Below, piece by piece: positions 1 to 10,424 of a stretch of 64,000 nucleotides of DNA. The stretch's first letter is position 1. Every line of letters starts with the position of its first letter. The notes under the pieces are model-generated. The model did no database searches. It had not been told where the DNA came from and saw only the letters and a program-made list of their open reading frames with translations. The translations under genes and the position numbers were made by a program. This DNA is from an uncultured archaeon (GTDB lineage: Archaea > Thermoplasmatota > Thermoplasmata > Thermoplasmatales > Thermoplasmataceae), in contig CP009479.1 in assembly GCA_000965745.1 (NCBI GenBank), forward strand, positions 1,536,001 through 1,600,000, in the 5' to 3' direction.

Positions 1-359
1 AGGGACCCTGTAGATGCTTCAACACCAGGGACGCCTCTATGGACATGGCCTTCAAGCTTAGAATTGAGTTTCCTGAATCCGGACAGAAGGCTTTCAGGGA
101 AGTAGCCTCTCAGAGAAAGGGTTGCGTAAAAGCCTGGTGACGCATGGCCCTTGCTGAGAACAACCCGGTCCCTGTCAGGATCATTTGGTTTGAGCGGGTC
201 AATATTAAGTTCTTTGAAATAAAGAACTGAGAGTATGTCGGCAAGGCTCAATGAACCTCCCGGGTGCCCGCTCTTTGCGGCATATACCATTTCAACGGAC
301 TTGGTTCTTATGCTTGCCGCCATCTTCTTCAAATCCGAAACTGAGTAATTCTGCATCAT
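1..359 (-). CDS. Transketolase N-terminal (TPP-binding) subunit, runs off window edge
   Basis: Manual translation MMQNYSVSDLKKMAASIRTKSVEMVYAAKSGHPGGSLS...DRDRVVLSKGHAS...LEGH..GVEASTGSL; not in ORF track because truncated. Confidence 0.9.
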   Translation of the reverse strand, partial: MMQNYSVSDLKKMAASIRTKSVEMVYAAKSGHPGGSLSLADILSVLYFKELNIDPLKPNDPDRDRVVLSKGHASPGFYATLSLRGYFPESLLSGFRKLNSKLEGHVHRGVPGVEASTGS

Positions 360-533
360 ATAAATCTCCAGTTAAAATTGTAAATAAGCGGGATCAGGGT
401 AATGTTGAATCTGATCTGCACGGATAAGTTCACGTGTCCAGATTAAACCCTTTATTAAAAAACTTTTTTTTAACTCATCTATTTAAATTAAGCCGAAATG
501 TAAAAATGCAGGCGCCTGGGGCAGTAAGCCTCG

Positions 534-1619
534 TCAAGCTACAAAATCAAGATCATCTTCGGGCTTGGTTGCCTGGCCGCCCCTGCCTTTGTTGTACTCA
601 GATGCGAGCCCTGTTGCTACAATCAGTATCTCAACCTGTCCTTCGTAGCTGTCATCTATGTTTGCACCCCAGATGATCTTTGTATTCTTCCCCACTCTTT
701 TCTGAACTTCCTCTGCGGCATTGTTGGCCTCCTGAAGCTGCAAATCCCTTCCTCCTTTAACATTGACAATAACTCCGGTTGCAGTGGACATGTCCATCTG
801 GAGAAAAGGTGAATTGACGGCCTTGTCAACGGCATCTATTATTCTTGTTTCCTCGCCCTCCTTGGAAACGCCAATGCCGATCATAGCCACCCCGGAATTC
901 TGCATTATCGTTTTGAGATCGTTGAAGTCGAGGTTAATCAGGCCAGGATTGGTTACCAAATCGGTTAGCCCAACGATTGCCTTTACGATGATTTCATCGG
1001 CATACTTGAAAGCCTTTTCAAGTGGTAGATCTGGCACAAGTTCCAGTAACTTGTCGTTTGGAATTATGATGACTGTATCTGAGGAATTGATCAGCTTGTT
1101 CAGGCCCCAGTCTGCGTTCTGCTTCCTCACAACGCCTTCAGATTTGAACGGAAGGGTAACGACCCCTATTGTGAGAGCACCAAGGTTCCTGGCTATTCTT
1201 GCAATGTAATGGGCTGACCCAGTGCCGGTGCCTCCTCCTAGGCCTGCTGTAATGAACATGATATCACTCCCGCTCACATATTTTAGTATTTCCTGTTCAG
1301 ACTCCCTTGCAGCTTCTTCGCCTATCTTGGGGTCTGCCCCAGAGCCAAGACCTCGCGTAAGGTTCTTTCCAAGCAGTATTTTATTGTGGGACCTTATTCT
1401 TAACAGGTGTGGCGCATCAGTATTGCAGGCGATAAGCCTGGCCTCTTTAATGCCTTCTTTCATGAGTCGGCTGATGCTGTTTGATCCGGCTCCTCCTGCC
1501 CCAAAAATCTTGATGTGTACTTTCAGTCTCTCAATAACACTGAGGAGTTCGTCATCTGATGTCCTTGCCACATCATCTTGTTCATGAAACTGGAATCCAT
1601 AGTCAGAGCCGCTGTCCAT
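534..1619 (-). CDS. ftsZ: Cell division GTPase FtsZ
   Basis: GAGGAGSN, NTD, GGGTGTG signature, T7 loop INLDFND; start placed at MDSGSDY. Confidence 0.95.
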   Translation of the reverse strand: MDSGSDYGFQFHEQDDVARTSDDELLSVIERLKVHIKIFGAGGAGSNSISRLMKEGIKEARLIACNTDAPHLLRIRSHNKILLGKNLTRGLGSGADPKIGEEAARESEQEILKYVSGSDIMFITAGLGGGTGTGSAHYIARIARNLGALTIGVVTLPFKSEGVVRKQNADWGLNKLINSSDTVIIIPNDKLLELVPDLPLEKAFKYADEIIVKAIVGLTDLVTNPGLINLDFNDLKTIMQNSGVAMIGIGVSKEGEETRIIDAVDKAVNSPFLQMDMSTATGVIVNVKGGRDLQLQEANNAAEEVQKRVGKNTKIIWGANIDDSYEGQVEILIVATGLASEYNKGRGGQATKPEDDLDFVA

Positions 1620-1723
1620 TTGCACGCAGCTTAATAATGGAAGCCACATTATTAATTCTTTTGCGTAAGGTGAAATAGACGCCCGCAATAAAAATTAGTG
1701 TTTCTGGAAAAATGTTTTATTAT

Positions 1724-2947
1724 TCACCTGGTCATCCATGACTTCTGTTTCCAGAAGGTAATGAGCCCGTACAGTGTGGTAGCAAACATTATTCCAAGCG
1801 CAATTGACCCGAAGGCTATCGTTTTTATTCTTTCCTTGTTTATCTTCGCAGCGATTGCTCCCAGGAAAATCACGTTCCCTGCAACATTCAGCATTAGCAG
1901 GATTGCCCTTGCGAATTCGGTATACGCATAGTGCGTGGCCCTTAGAAGCAGGAGATCCTCGATCTGGGTAAGTGCATCCAGCGCAACTCGCCTGTGCACT
2001 GCAAACTCAAGGTAAAGCCTGAATATCGCGAGTAATACCACTAGAACAGGGAGGAGGTACATGTACACCATTTCGAAGGTGTAAAAGGCCCCTGCCTTTC
2101 TTGCTGTCCCGTTAAATATTTCTTTGAAGAAATGAGTCCACCCTACCCTTGACCACCTTATCTGCTGCTTGACGAATTTCTTGTAATCCTGGGGCGGGTC
2201 CGTGAAGACAGTAACCCGGTAATCCTTGATTGCCCTGTAACCGGTTTTTGTTATGTAGCTGGTTATCTGCCTGTCATCGCCCATAACACTCTTCCTTCCC
2301 ATGACTTTGTTAGAAACAAAAGAGCCGGACTGGATCAGGGGCTTCACCAGGGAGGTCCTGTAAAGTGCACATCTCCCATCAAGAACCATGACGTTTCCAT
2401 GGGCCGACATGGCCCTGAAGACAACCTCTCTTGCCCTCTCCAGAAATTCTGCGCTGTATGACACCCCTGTTTTGTTGCTCCTTACGGCGATATTTGTCCC
2501 GACACCGCCAACATCCTCCTCCATTAGTGACAGCATGCTTTTTACAGCACCCGCCGGAATGACGGTGTCGCTGTCTACAAACATAACGTATTCGGTATCG
2601 ACATGATTGAGCAGCAAGGAGAGCGCTTTTCTCTTCCCCCCTCTCTCTTCAGAAAGGACAAAGGTTCCGCCATTCTCCTCTGTAATCGTTCTGTAAGGTT
2701 CATTGCTCGAGTCTCCGAGGACAACAAACTTGACCCCCTGTCCCGACACTGCGGAAACAACATTTCTGAATGTTTCCACATTCTCATTGTAAACGGGGAT
2801 GGCTATAGTTACCTCTTTATCGTCAACTTCCACATTTCTGCCCTGCTCATCCTTGTAATAGACTGAAGAGTAGGTATTCAGTATATAATACGTGAACGAA
2901 ATTGCCGTAAACAGCAGTAGTATTAGGTACAGATAGAAATACTGCAC
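1724..2947 (-). CDS. Processive GT2 glycosyltransferase, hyaluronan-synthase/NodC-like
   Basis: IPVYNE, GKR, DSD, GDDR and QQIRW motifs plus N- and C-terminal TM helices. Confidence 0.8.
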   Translation of the reverse strand: MQYFYLYLILLLFTAISFTYYILNTYSSVYYKDEQGRNVEVDDKEVTIAIPVYNENVETFRNVVSAVSGQGVKFVVLGDSSNEPYRTITEENGGTFVLSEERGGKRKALSLLLNHVDTEYVMFVDSDTVIPAGAVKSMLSLMEEDVGGVGTNIAVRSNKTGVSYSAEFLERAREVVFRAMSAHGNVMVLDGRCALYRTSLVKPLIQSGSFVSNKVMGRKSVMGDDRQITSYITKTGYRAIKDYRVTVFTDPPQDYKKFVKQQIRWSRVGWTHFFKEIFNGTARKAGAFYTFEMVYMYLLPVLVVLLAIFRLYLEFAVHRRVALDALTQIEDLLLLRATHYAYTEFARAILLMLNVAGNVIFLGAIAAKINKERIKTIAFGSIALGIMFATTLYGLITFWKQKSWMTR

Positions 2948-3009
2948 ACAACAAAATTATTATATAGTATTAAACGTTGCTGGTGCAATAGCGAATTTCA
3001 GGTAGAAAT

Positions 3010-4611
3010 TTACTGTGCCAGAATTTCCTTTAGCACCTTCTTATCTATTTTGCCTGTGCTTGTTTTCTGGAACTCCCCGACCCTTCTGAATTCATCTGGT
3101 ACCCAGAACTTGGCGATTCTGCCGAATTCAACGTAGCTATCAAGGTGCTCCCTTATCTTTTCTTCTGTTACTGTTTCATCCCCTGAATAGAAAGCTACAG
3201 GCCTTTCGCCCCATTTCTCATCGGGTTTGGCAACCACAGCTACTTCCTTCACTCCTTCGCATGTGCTGATGACATCTTCAAGGACAAGTGATGGTATGAA
3301 CTCCCCTCCTGACTTGACCGCATCCTTTTCTCTGTCAACTATTGAGATATATCCAAGATCGTCCACTACTGCGAGGTCACCAGTGTGCATCCATCCGTTT
3401 TTCCACAGTTTCTCGGTTCCGGCAGGATCCTTGGTGTACTGTTTTGTAAGCCAGGGGGCCCGGACAACAATCTCTCCTATACTCTTTCCATCCTTGGGAA
3501 CCTCATTTCCTTCACTGTCTATGACCATGAGATGAACAAGCGCTATCGGAAGTCCTGTTTTGAGGCTCACTTCAAACTTCTCATCATCGCTCATCCTGAG
3601 GACATCCTGATTGAAAGTTGCGAGAGTGAGAACCGGAGCAGTTTCAGAAAGGCCATACCCTGCGCTGACTTCCATGCCAAGCTCTTTTGCCTTCATTGCC
3701 AGTCCTCTGGGAAGTGCTGATCCTCCAATTATTACCCTGAACTTATCTTTCCCAACAAAATTCTGGACATCCGGGACATTCATGATCATGTAAAGAATTG
3801 AAGGAACCATTGCTGAAACAGTGACGCCCTGTTCCTTAATTATCCTGGCGAGCCGTGGGTAGTCATACTTTCCAGGGAGCACGTATTTCATCCCCTTCAT
3901 AATTCCAGAATAGGGAAAACCCCAGGAATGGACGTGAAACATGGGCACCAGTGGCATAAGGACGTCCTTGCTCGTCACCGAAAGGGGAAATTCATTGAAT
4001 GAAACTGCAGTTCCAAGGGTGTGAAGAACTATCTGTCTGTGCGTGAACGAAACACCTTTCGGCATCCCTGTGGTTCCGGAAGTATAGAACGTAGTTGCAA
4101 GATCATCTTCATTAAGTTCCGGAAGGTTGTCTTCTGCTTCCTTTGACACCAGGTCATCATAGTCATAGAGTGGAGACAGCTTGTCCTTCACTTCCCCATC
4201 CTCAGAGTATACAATCCATCCCTTGATAAAACTGAAAGCGGACTTGTTCTTCTCAATTATGGGGACGAACTCATCCCTGATAATGACATAAGTGTCTCCT
4301 GCATGCTGCATTGTGTAGAAAATCAGCTCCGGGGGGTACCTGATGTTAACGGTGTGTATTACTGCCCCGGCCATTGGGATGGCATAATATGATTCCAAGT
4401 ATCTGTTAGTATCCCAGTCAATAACTGCAACAATGTCCCCTTTTTTCACGCCTATTCTTACAAGTGAAGACGCCAGCCTCTTCACTCTTTCGTAGAACTC
4501 TTCGTAAGTGTAATCCTCTTTTCCCTGGTAGGTTATGATCTGACCAGGAGTCCTCAGAGCGGCAGACGAGATTATTTTGTCTATTGTGAGCTGATAACCT
4601 TTATTATTCAT
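3010..4611 (-). CDS. Medium/long-chain fatty-acid--CoA ligase (AlkK-like)
   Basis: YTSGTTGMPKG AMP-binding motif, GYGLSET, TGD, KTSTGKIDK. Confidence 0.92.
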   Translation of the reverse strand: MNNKGYQLTIDKIISSAALRTPGQIITYQGKEDYTYEEFYERVKRLASSLVRIGVKKGDIVAVIDWDTNRYLESYYAIPMAGAVIHTVNIRYPPELIFYTMQHAGDTYVIIRDEFVPIIEKNKSAFSFIKGWIVYSEDGEVKDKLSPLYDYDDLVSKEAEDNLPELNEDDLATTFYTSGTTGMPKGVSFTHRQIVLHTLGTAVSFNEFPLSVTSKDVLMPLVPMFHVHSWGFPYSGIMKGMKYVLPGKYDYPRLARIIKEQGVTVSAMVPSILYMIMNVPDVQNFVGKDKFRVIIGGSALPRGLAMKAKELGMEVSAGYGLSETAPVLTLATFNQDVLRMSDDEKFEVSLKTGLPIALVHLMVIDSEGNEVPKDGKSIGEIVVRAPWLTKQYTKDPAGTEKLWKNGWMHTGDLAVVDDLGYISIVDREKDAVKSGGEFIPSLVLEDVISTCEGVKEVAVVAKPDEKWGERPVAFYSGDETVTEEKIREHLDSYVEFGRIAKFWVPDEFRRVGEFQKTSTGKIDKKVLKEILAQ

Positions 4612-4685
4612 GCGACTCACAAAACACAACAACTAGGGCAAGATAAATTTTGCTCCGTATTTTTCACCCGTATTCCAGATTTCGG

Positions 4686-5687
4686 CTACATTGAATTTAC
4701 GGAGAGCCCGATATCGGTTAGATCAACGGAGTTTAGGGCAATTCTGACGCTATTCGAGACAGACAGTTCCTCTCCAGTTATTGAAGTATTGAACGGGAGG
4801 CCGGTGAAATTCCAGAATGTTAACCCTGCTGCTTTCTGGAAAGTGGACCCGGAATTGTTGAACTGCTGAAAGAATGCGTAGTTCCACTGGTTTACAAAGG
4901 AACTGCTTATATTGTAATGGTAGCTGTTCAGTGTAATGTTGTCTATGGTTCCCAGCGTGCCATTTATTGCCGCAAGTTCCCCAACGGCCATGGAAGTTTG
5001 CTCAACAGAACTGTAATGAAGTGTCAACATCGTTGAGCCAACAGAAGATGCAGTTGTTGATGGTCCGGTAATGTTGTAAAGTGAGGACCCCAATGAAACC
5101 TGCCCTCCAGAAGAGACGTTGAGCGAAATTGGGAGGGGACCTATAGCTGTGGCGGGATTATTCCTTCCCTGTACCTGGATCAGAAAGCCATCCTGAAAAT
5201 CGTATGATGTCGGCGTAGTGAACTGTGTATCGGCAGAACTCTTGAACACTCCCTTTCCAGAATACGCGTGTGAGATGTTATAGTAAAATACCGAACCTGT
5301 GGAATTTGTGTACGATACAGTAATCACGTATTCCATGGAAGAAGAAAAGTTGTCCAGGTTACGCGAAAACGAGATCGAAGTCGGTGTGGAAGGGGAAAAG
5401 GGCGGAACCCCGCTAATTCCAGTAGGGAAGCTGTACGACACCATCTGCCCCTGGACAGCCCTGGAATCCGAAAGCTCATTCGAAAATTTGTAAAACGCAT
5501 TCTGGGTTTGCTGATCATAATGCTGCTCATTTGCTGTTCCAGTGGCAGGAACGTACCACAGAATGAACGTTGTGAAAAGTGATACAGCTATGGCAAATAT
5601 AAGCACAGTGCCGATCACTTCCGCTACTGCACTGTCATTCTTTCCATGCCTCGTACACTTTCGCTTCAGAATACAGGGTTTCACCAA
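4686..5687 (-). CDS. Archaeal type IV pilin/archaellin-like surface protein with class III signal peptide
   Basis: KNDSA|VAEVIGTVLIFAIAV hydrophobic N-terminus; Ser/Thr/Asn-rich beta-type body. Confidence 0.65.
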   Translation of the reverse strand: MVKPCILKRKCTRHGKNDSAVAEVIGTVLIFAIAVSLFTTFILWYVPATGTANEQHYDQQTQNAFYKFSNELSDSRAVQGQMVSYSFPTGISGVPPFSPSTPTSISFSRNLDNFSSSMEYVITVSYTNSTGSVFYYNISHAYSGKGVFKSSADTQFTTPTSYDFQDGFLIQVQGRNNPATAIGPLPISLNVSSGGQVSLGSSLYNITGPSTTASSVGSTMLTLHYSSVEQTSMAVGELAAINGTLGTIDNITLNSYHYNISSSFVNQWNYAFFQQFNNSGSTFQKAAGLTFWNFTGLPFNTSITGEELSVSNSVRIALNSVDLTDIGLSVNSM

Positions 5688-5967
5688 TATTTACCTGCTT
5701 CTTCAACTGCAAGACATTAAATAATGTTTCCACGGTGGGATGCCATCAGATTTCTGCAGCCGCCCATATGACGAGCATTTCAGGGATGGTCTGGTCCGAC
5801 GTGTATCCTCGGCCGGCTCTGCTACGGAATTCTGCCTTGATGTGGTAAGGTGATTGAGAAAATAAAAGGCCTTGCAAAGATGCTCGCTTGTGCCATTAGC
5901 ATCCTGGAGCACGACATGATCCAACATCGCCTCAAAAAAACTTTAAGTCAACCAACAATCAAAGTTC

Positions 5968-7329
5968 ATGGGAGTATCTCCACTGGATTACCGGTATGGA
6001 AGAGAAGAGGTCAAAAAAATCTTCTCGGAGGACATGAAACTGTATTACATGCTTTTGGTTGAAAAGGCGATTGCCCAGGCAGAAAGTGAAAAGGGCCTCA
6101 TACCGGTTGAAGCCTACAATGAAATAGCGAAGGCAGTGGACTCAGGTGGGGTCAGCCTCAAGCGAGTCAAGGAGATAGAGGCCGAGATAAGCCATGATGC
6201 TATGGCAGTGGTCAAGGCCCTCACTGAAAAATGCGAGCAAGGTGGAAAATATGTGCATTTTGGAGTAACGTCCAATGATATCCTTGACACATCAACTGCC
6301 ATGCAGCTAAAAGAATTCTACCACATCCTTCTGGGAGATCTGTTCGAGATCCAGGAGGCCCTGTCTGGAATTATTACCAAACACAAGAGGACGGCAATGC
6401 TTGGCAGGACTCACGGTCAGTGGGCAAGCCCCATAACGTTCGGCCTCAAAATCTCGGTGTTCTTGACGGAGATAAACAGGCACATCACAAGGCTTCTTGA
6501 GGCTCGAAAACGGATTCTAGTCGGGAAAATATTGGGGCCTGTAGGCACTGGCGCGTCAATTGGCGAGAAAGCCCTCGAAGTGCAGGAAAGGGTAATGCAA
6601 ATCCTGGGGATATTTCCCGAAGACGGCGCAACTCAGATTGTGAACAGAGACAGATATGTGGAATATCTCTCCATAATCAACGGAATTGCAACTTCCCTCG
6701 AAAAATTCGGCACTGAAATCAGAAACCTCCAGAGACCGGAGATCGCTGAAGTTTCCGAGTTCTTCGACCCTTCAAGACAGGTCGGGTCCAGTGCAATGCC
6801 CAGCAAACGCAACCCTATCTCATCAGAAAATGTCTGCAGCCTTTCAAGGCTGATACGAAGCCTCATCATTCCAGAATACGAGGCAGCTGTAACCTGGCAC
6901 GAGCGCGATCTGACCAACAGTGCGCTCGAAAGGTTCACGATACCCTATTCATCAATCCTTATAGATTATACAATCAGGAGGATGGATTCCGTATTCAGGA
7001 ACCTCTACGTAAACACCGAAAGGATGCTGGAGAACGTGAACAGGGACCAGACAATAATGTCCGAGAGTGTGGTTTCCGCTCTGACGAGGAATGGTGTTCC
7101 GAGGCAGGATGCCCATGAACTTGTCAGGAATGCTTCCATGAGGTCGTACGAGAAAAACCAGGCCCTACAGAAATCTTTAATTGAACTTGGTGCCATGAAG
7201 TTAATGGACTCAACCACTCTTGAGAGTGCACTTGAGCCTTCGAATTTTCTTGGCGTATCGGACAGAATATGTGATTCGGTGCTTGGGGCTACTGAAAAGC
7301 TGAGAAGGGACTATGAGAGGGACATTTAA
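5968..7329 (+). CDS. purB: Adenylosuccinate lyase
   Basis: HFGVTSND, GRTHGQ, GSSAMPSKRNP fumarate-lyase signature. Confidence 0.96.
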   Translation: MGVSPLDYRYGREEVKKIFSEDMKLYYMLLVEKAIAQAESEKGLIPVEAYNEIAKAVDSGGVSLKRVKEIEAEISHDAMAVVKALTEKCEQGGKYVHFGVTSNDILDTSTAMQLKEFYHILLGDLFEIQEALSGIITKHKRTAMLGRTHGQWASPITFGLKISVFLTEINRHITRLLEARKRILVGKILGPVGTGASIGEKALEVQERVMQILGIFPEDGATQIVNRDRYVEYLSIINGIATSLEKFGTEIRNLQRPEIAEVSEFFDPSRQVGSSAMPSKRNPISSENVCSLSRLIRSLIIPEYEAAVTWHERDLTNSALERFTIPYSSILIDYTIRRMDSVFRNLYVNTERMLENVNRDQTIMSESVVSALTRNGVPRQDAHELVRNASMRSYEKNQALQKSLIELGAMKLMDSTTLESALEPSNFLGVSDRICDSVLGATEKLRRDYERDI

Positions 7330-7916
7330 TGGCAGGAGACTTTGACAGGGAACAGAACCTGAAGGAAAAAATAATTTCGGACCTTACAGAAGGAGAGAAA
7401 TCCATCTCAGGGCTCCAGAAGTCTCTTGAAAGCAAGGGCGTAAATCACCACAGGCTGTACCTTACAGGTTACCTTAAGGCCCTTGTCGATATTGGTTTAC
7501 TCAAGGAAAAAGAAATCAAGCCTGCCAGAATCTATTTCCCACTTTATCACGAATCCAAGGACATCTACGATTACACCGGCAGAATTTCCAGGTTATACGA
7601 TGAAGATTCATCCGGGGACAACGTTCTGATGATTCTCTATACTCTGTTTTCCAGGCCAATTTTCATGAGGGAGATTGAAAGGTGCAATGTTGACCTGCCA
7701 AGGAGCTACAGAAAGGTATCGAGCCAGAAAAGGCTGGATTACATAAAGAAACTTGAAGAGACGGGGATAAAGATACCACAGAACAATATGATGATTGAAC
7801 CAACTCACCGTGACGTTTCTCAGCTTGTGCATTTCATGAGGGAACTGGTAATTTCAGTTTTCGACTTGAAGAGATACACGCTTCCGGAAGAAAGCACACA
7901 GAAAACGCTCGACTGA
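7329..7916 (+). CDS. Hypothetical protein with probable N-terminal winged helix, coupled to purB
   Basis: TAATG overlap with purB; SISGL...HRLYLTGYLKALVDIG wHTH-like pattern. Confidence 0.6.
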   Translation: MAGDFDREQNLKEKIISDLTEGEKSISGLQKSLESKGVNHHRLYLTGYLKALVDIGLLKEKEIKPARIYFPLYHESKDIYDYTGRISRLYDEDSSGDNVLMILYTLFSRPIFMREIERCNVDLPRSYRKVSSQKRLDYIKKLEETGIKIPQNNMMIEPTHRDVSQLVHFMRELVISVFDLKRYTLPEESTQKTLD

Positions 7917-7920
7917 TTTT

Positions 7921-8580
7921 TCATTCACGCTCGTGCCTCACAAACAGGCCACTTTCTATCAGAAGGTATCCTCCAGACCCTTTCCAGTGCTTGCTTACTT
8001 TTTCAAGGTCGATCTCCCCAGCCCCGGCCAGGCCTTTGACAAACGTCTCATATTCTCCGCCTTCTCCGGCGACATTTATTCCAATTCTCCTGTCTATATC
8101 GGACATCTTTTCCAGGAATTTTTTGTCGATCTTTCTTCCCAGGTCCTCTTCACCAAGCCCTTCGGCCGATACCGAAACGACTATAGCTTCTATGCCTGCA
8201 CTGATCATTTCTTTGAGAAGCAGGTACTGGCTCTTTCTCCATATCGGCGTGTATGAAACCATGCCAAGTTCGGTACATATTCTCTCTATCCTCGTTTTCT
8301 GGTAATCAGATGCAATTGCTCCAGATATAACGGCCTCAACGCCTTCGGATCTTGCATTTTCCAGTGAAGTCCGGAAATCACGCTCCTTGACATGTTTCAC
8401 ATTAAGGCCCAACAGCTTGGCAGAAAGGTCCGCAGCTGAGGTGTTGGGAAAGTGAAACATCATTGAATACTCTTCAGGGTCTATCGTGATTGCATATTGC
8501 ACATCGAATCCCTGCTCCATAGCTATAAGGGCAGAGAAGAATGAATCTTTTCCCCCGGAGAACAGGGAAACTGCTTTCAT
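7921..8580 (-). CDS. Diphthine--ammonia ligase family PP-loop ATPase
   Basis: SGGKDS PP-loop, GAIASDYQKTR, GEGGEYET. Confidence 0.88.
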   Translation of the reverse strand: MKAVSLFSGGKDSFFSALIAMEQGFDVQYAITIDPEEYSMMFHFPNTSAADLSAKLLGLNVKHVKERDFRTSLENARSEGVEAVISGAIASDYQKTRIERICTELGMVSYTPIWRKSQYLLLKEMISAGIEAIVVSVSAEGLGEEDLGRKIDKKFLEKMSDIDRRIGINVAGEGGEYETFVKGLAGAGEIDLEKVSKHWKGSGGYLLIESGLFVRHERE

Positions 8581-8639
8581 ATGAGTCCCATGAGCGCGTT
8601 ATGGTTTTATATATTTAATGAATCACCGAGTTGATAAAA

Positions 8640-9113
8640 ATGGCATTGAAAGTTGGCGACAAAGCGCCGGATTTTGAAGTACCAGACCAGAACCTGAAGG
8701 TAAGAAAGCTTTCAGATTTTAAGGGAAGCAACGTAGTTCTGGCTTTCTTCCCTGGAGCATTTACATCAGTATGCACCAAAGAAATGTGCACTTTCAGGGA
8801 TTCCATGGCGAATCTTAACAAGCTCAACGCAAAGGTTTTGGGTGTAAGTGTTGACCAGCCATTTTCAAACGCCAGGTTCGCAAAGGACAACAACCTGAAC
8901 TTTGACCTTCTCAGTGACCTTGGCAGGGAAGTCAGCAAGAAATATGGCGGTTTGCACGAGAACTTCGTTAACGTCCCCGGTCTCGTAGCTTCAAAGAGGT
9001 CCGTTTTCATAATAGACAGGAATGGCACTGTGAAGTATGCTTGGGTATCAGAAGACCCGGGAGTCGAGCCCGATTACAGGAAAATAGAAGAAGAACTCTC
9101 GAAGATTGAGTAA
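8640..9113 (+). CDS. Peroxiredoxin (AhpC/TSA, BCP-like)
   Basis: [15 protein letters not shown] peroxidatic motif. Confidence 0.92.
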   Translation: MALKVGDKAPDFEVPDQNLKVRKLSDFKGSNVVLAFFPGAFTSVCTKEMCTFRDSMANLNKLNAKVLGVSVDQPFSNARFAKDNNLNFDLLSDLGREVSKKYGGLHENFVNVPGLVASKRSVFIIDRNGTVKYAWVSEDPGVEPDYRKIEEELSKIE

Positions 9114-9181
9114 ACCTCAACTCTTCCAAGGTTTTTTTATTTTAGAAAATAAGTAATATTTCTGTTATATGTGTGAATTAG

Positions 9182-9649
9182 ATGAATAAGGACATCGCAA
9201 GAAAACTCATAGCAATAGTTGCCAGTGAAAAAAAGAATGTTAATAAATACTCAAGGCAGGATTTCGTTACAGTCCTGTCGTACAAGAGGTCCCTGCTTGA
9301 ACCGGAGGCGGTCGATGAGTTCCTGGCAAAGAGCATGGAATCAGGAATTTTGATAGAAAAAGAAAATAACTATTCCCCAAACTTCAGCACATCCGGGATA
9401 GTTGTTCCACTCGACTTCGCCGTAAGCAAAGAGGACCTTTTTTCTGATTCAGTGGAGAGGCCTCTGGTGGACAGGCTCCTGGATGCTGCGTCTGCTTCGG
9501 GCAAACTTACAAAGAAGGAGGCGATGGCACGCGCAAAAGAACTTCTAAAAAATATGCACTACATCAACTTCGAGATAGCGTTGCTTTCCGTTATTATCGA
9601 TGAGGGCATTGAAGCCGACCACTTCCTCAAGGAAATGGCAGCAGAATGA
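9182..9649 (+). CDS. DUF2240-like archaeal conserved protein
   Basis: LSYKRSLLEPEAVDEF...PNFSTSGIVVPLDF pattern. Confidence 0.6.
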   Translation: MNKDIARKLIAIVASEKKNVNKYSRQDFVTVLSYKRSLLEPEAVDEFLAKSMESGILIEKENNYSPNFSTSGIVVPLDFAVSKEDLFSDSVERPLVDRLLDAASASGKLTKKEAMARAKELLKNMHYINFEIALLSVIIDEGIEADHFLKEMAAE

Positions 9650-9652
9650 TTT

Positions 9653-10393
9653 TCAGGCCCCTTCGAGCCTCTGGGCTATCTTGATCGCCTGCTCAACATC
9701 TTCCATTTCCATGGCGATGTCAGAAGCCATGTCGTACATATAGTCAAATGACTGCTTGAATGCCTTTTTCTCTTTCTTGTTCTTGATCTGGGAAGAAATC
9801 TTGTCTATGAGGTCTAGTGAATCCAAGGCTATCTTGAATGCACCTTTCTCGTCCCCATTTTTCCTCATGAGTGCTAGCTTTCCGTGAAGGGCTTCAAAAT
9901 AGTTGTCCCAGTCTCCTGATTCTCCTGCGCTTGAAAGAACCTTCTCATAAATGTCCACAGCTTCCTTCTGTCTGCTTTTCTCCTTCGACAGGAGCTCTGC
10001 CTTGGCGAGAAGGCTTATGTTAATCAGCACATCATCATTGACAGACCCAGCTCTCTTTGCAGCCTCTTCAAAGAATTCAACGCTCTTCCCTTTAGACCCG
10101 CCATCCATCTCAATATATCCAAGGTTTAGGAGATCCATTATCTGCAGATCCAATTCATCCGTCTTCTCGTGAACCTCAAGAGCTTTTTTTCCATAATCCA
10201 GGGAGTTTTCGTTGTTCTTGGGCTGAAAAGCGTAATAAGCCTGTGAAATTTTGTAATACAACTCCCCTGCCACCGAACTAGATTTGTCCTCTACGGACTC
10301 CAATGCCTTCGTGTATTCTCTTATGGCATCGATGTATTTCTCTTTCTGGAGGCTCTTGTCGCCTGACTTCATTAGATCTTCGACGTTTTCCAT
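9653..10393 (-). CDS. Tetratricopeptide-repeat protein
   Basis: Repeated AxxxYxKAL helical TPR pattern. Confidence 0.7.
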   Translation of the reverse strand: MENVEDLMKSGDKSLQKEKYIDAIREYTKALESVEDKSSSVAGELYYKISQAYYAFQPKNNENSLDYGKKALEVHEKTDELDLQIMDLLNLGYIEMDGGSKGKSVEFFEEAAKRAGSVNDDVLINISLLAKAELLSKEKSRQKEAVDIYEKVLSSAGESGDWDNYFEALHGKLALMRKNGDEKGAFKIALDSLDLIDKISSQIKNKKEKKAFKQSFDYMYDMASDIAMEMEDVEQAIKIAQRLEGA

Positions 10394-10424
10394 TTGATTC
10401 TGACCTCTAATAATGGATTAATAT

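Noticed and set aside
5730-5925. ABC-ATPase relic (ISILEHDM) upstream of purB
   Set aside because: Only one short motif; insufficient without a search
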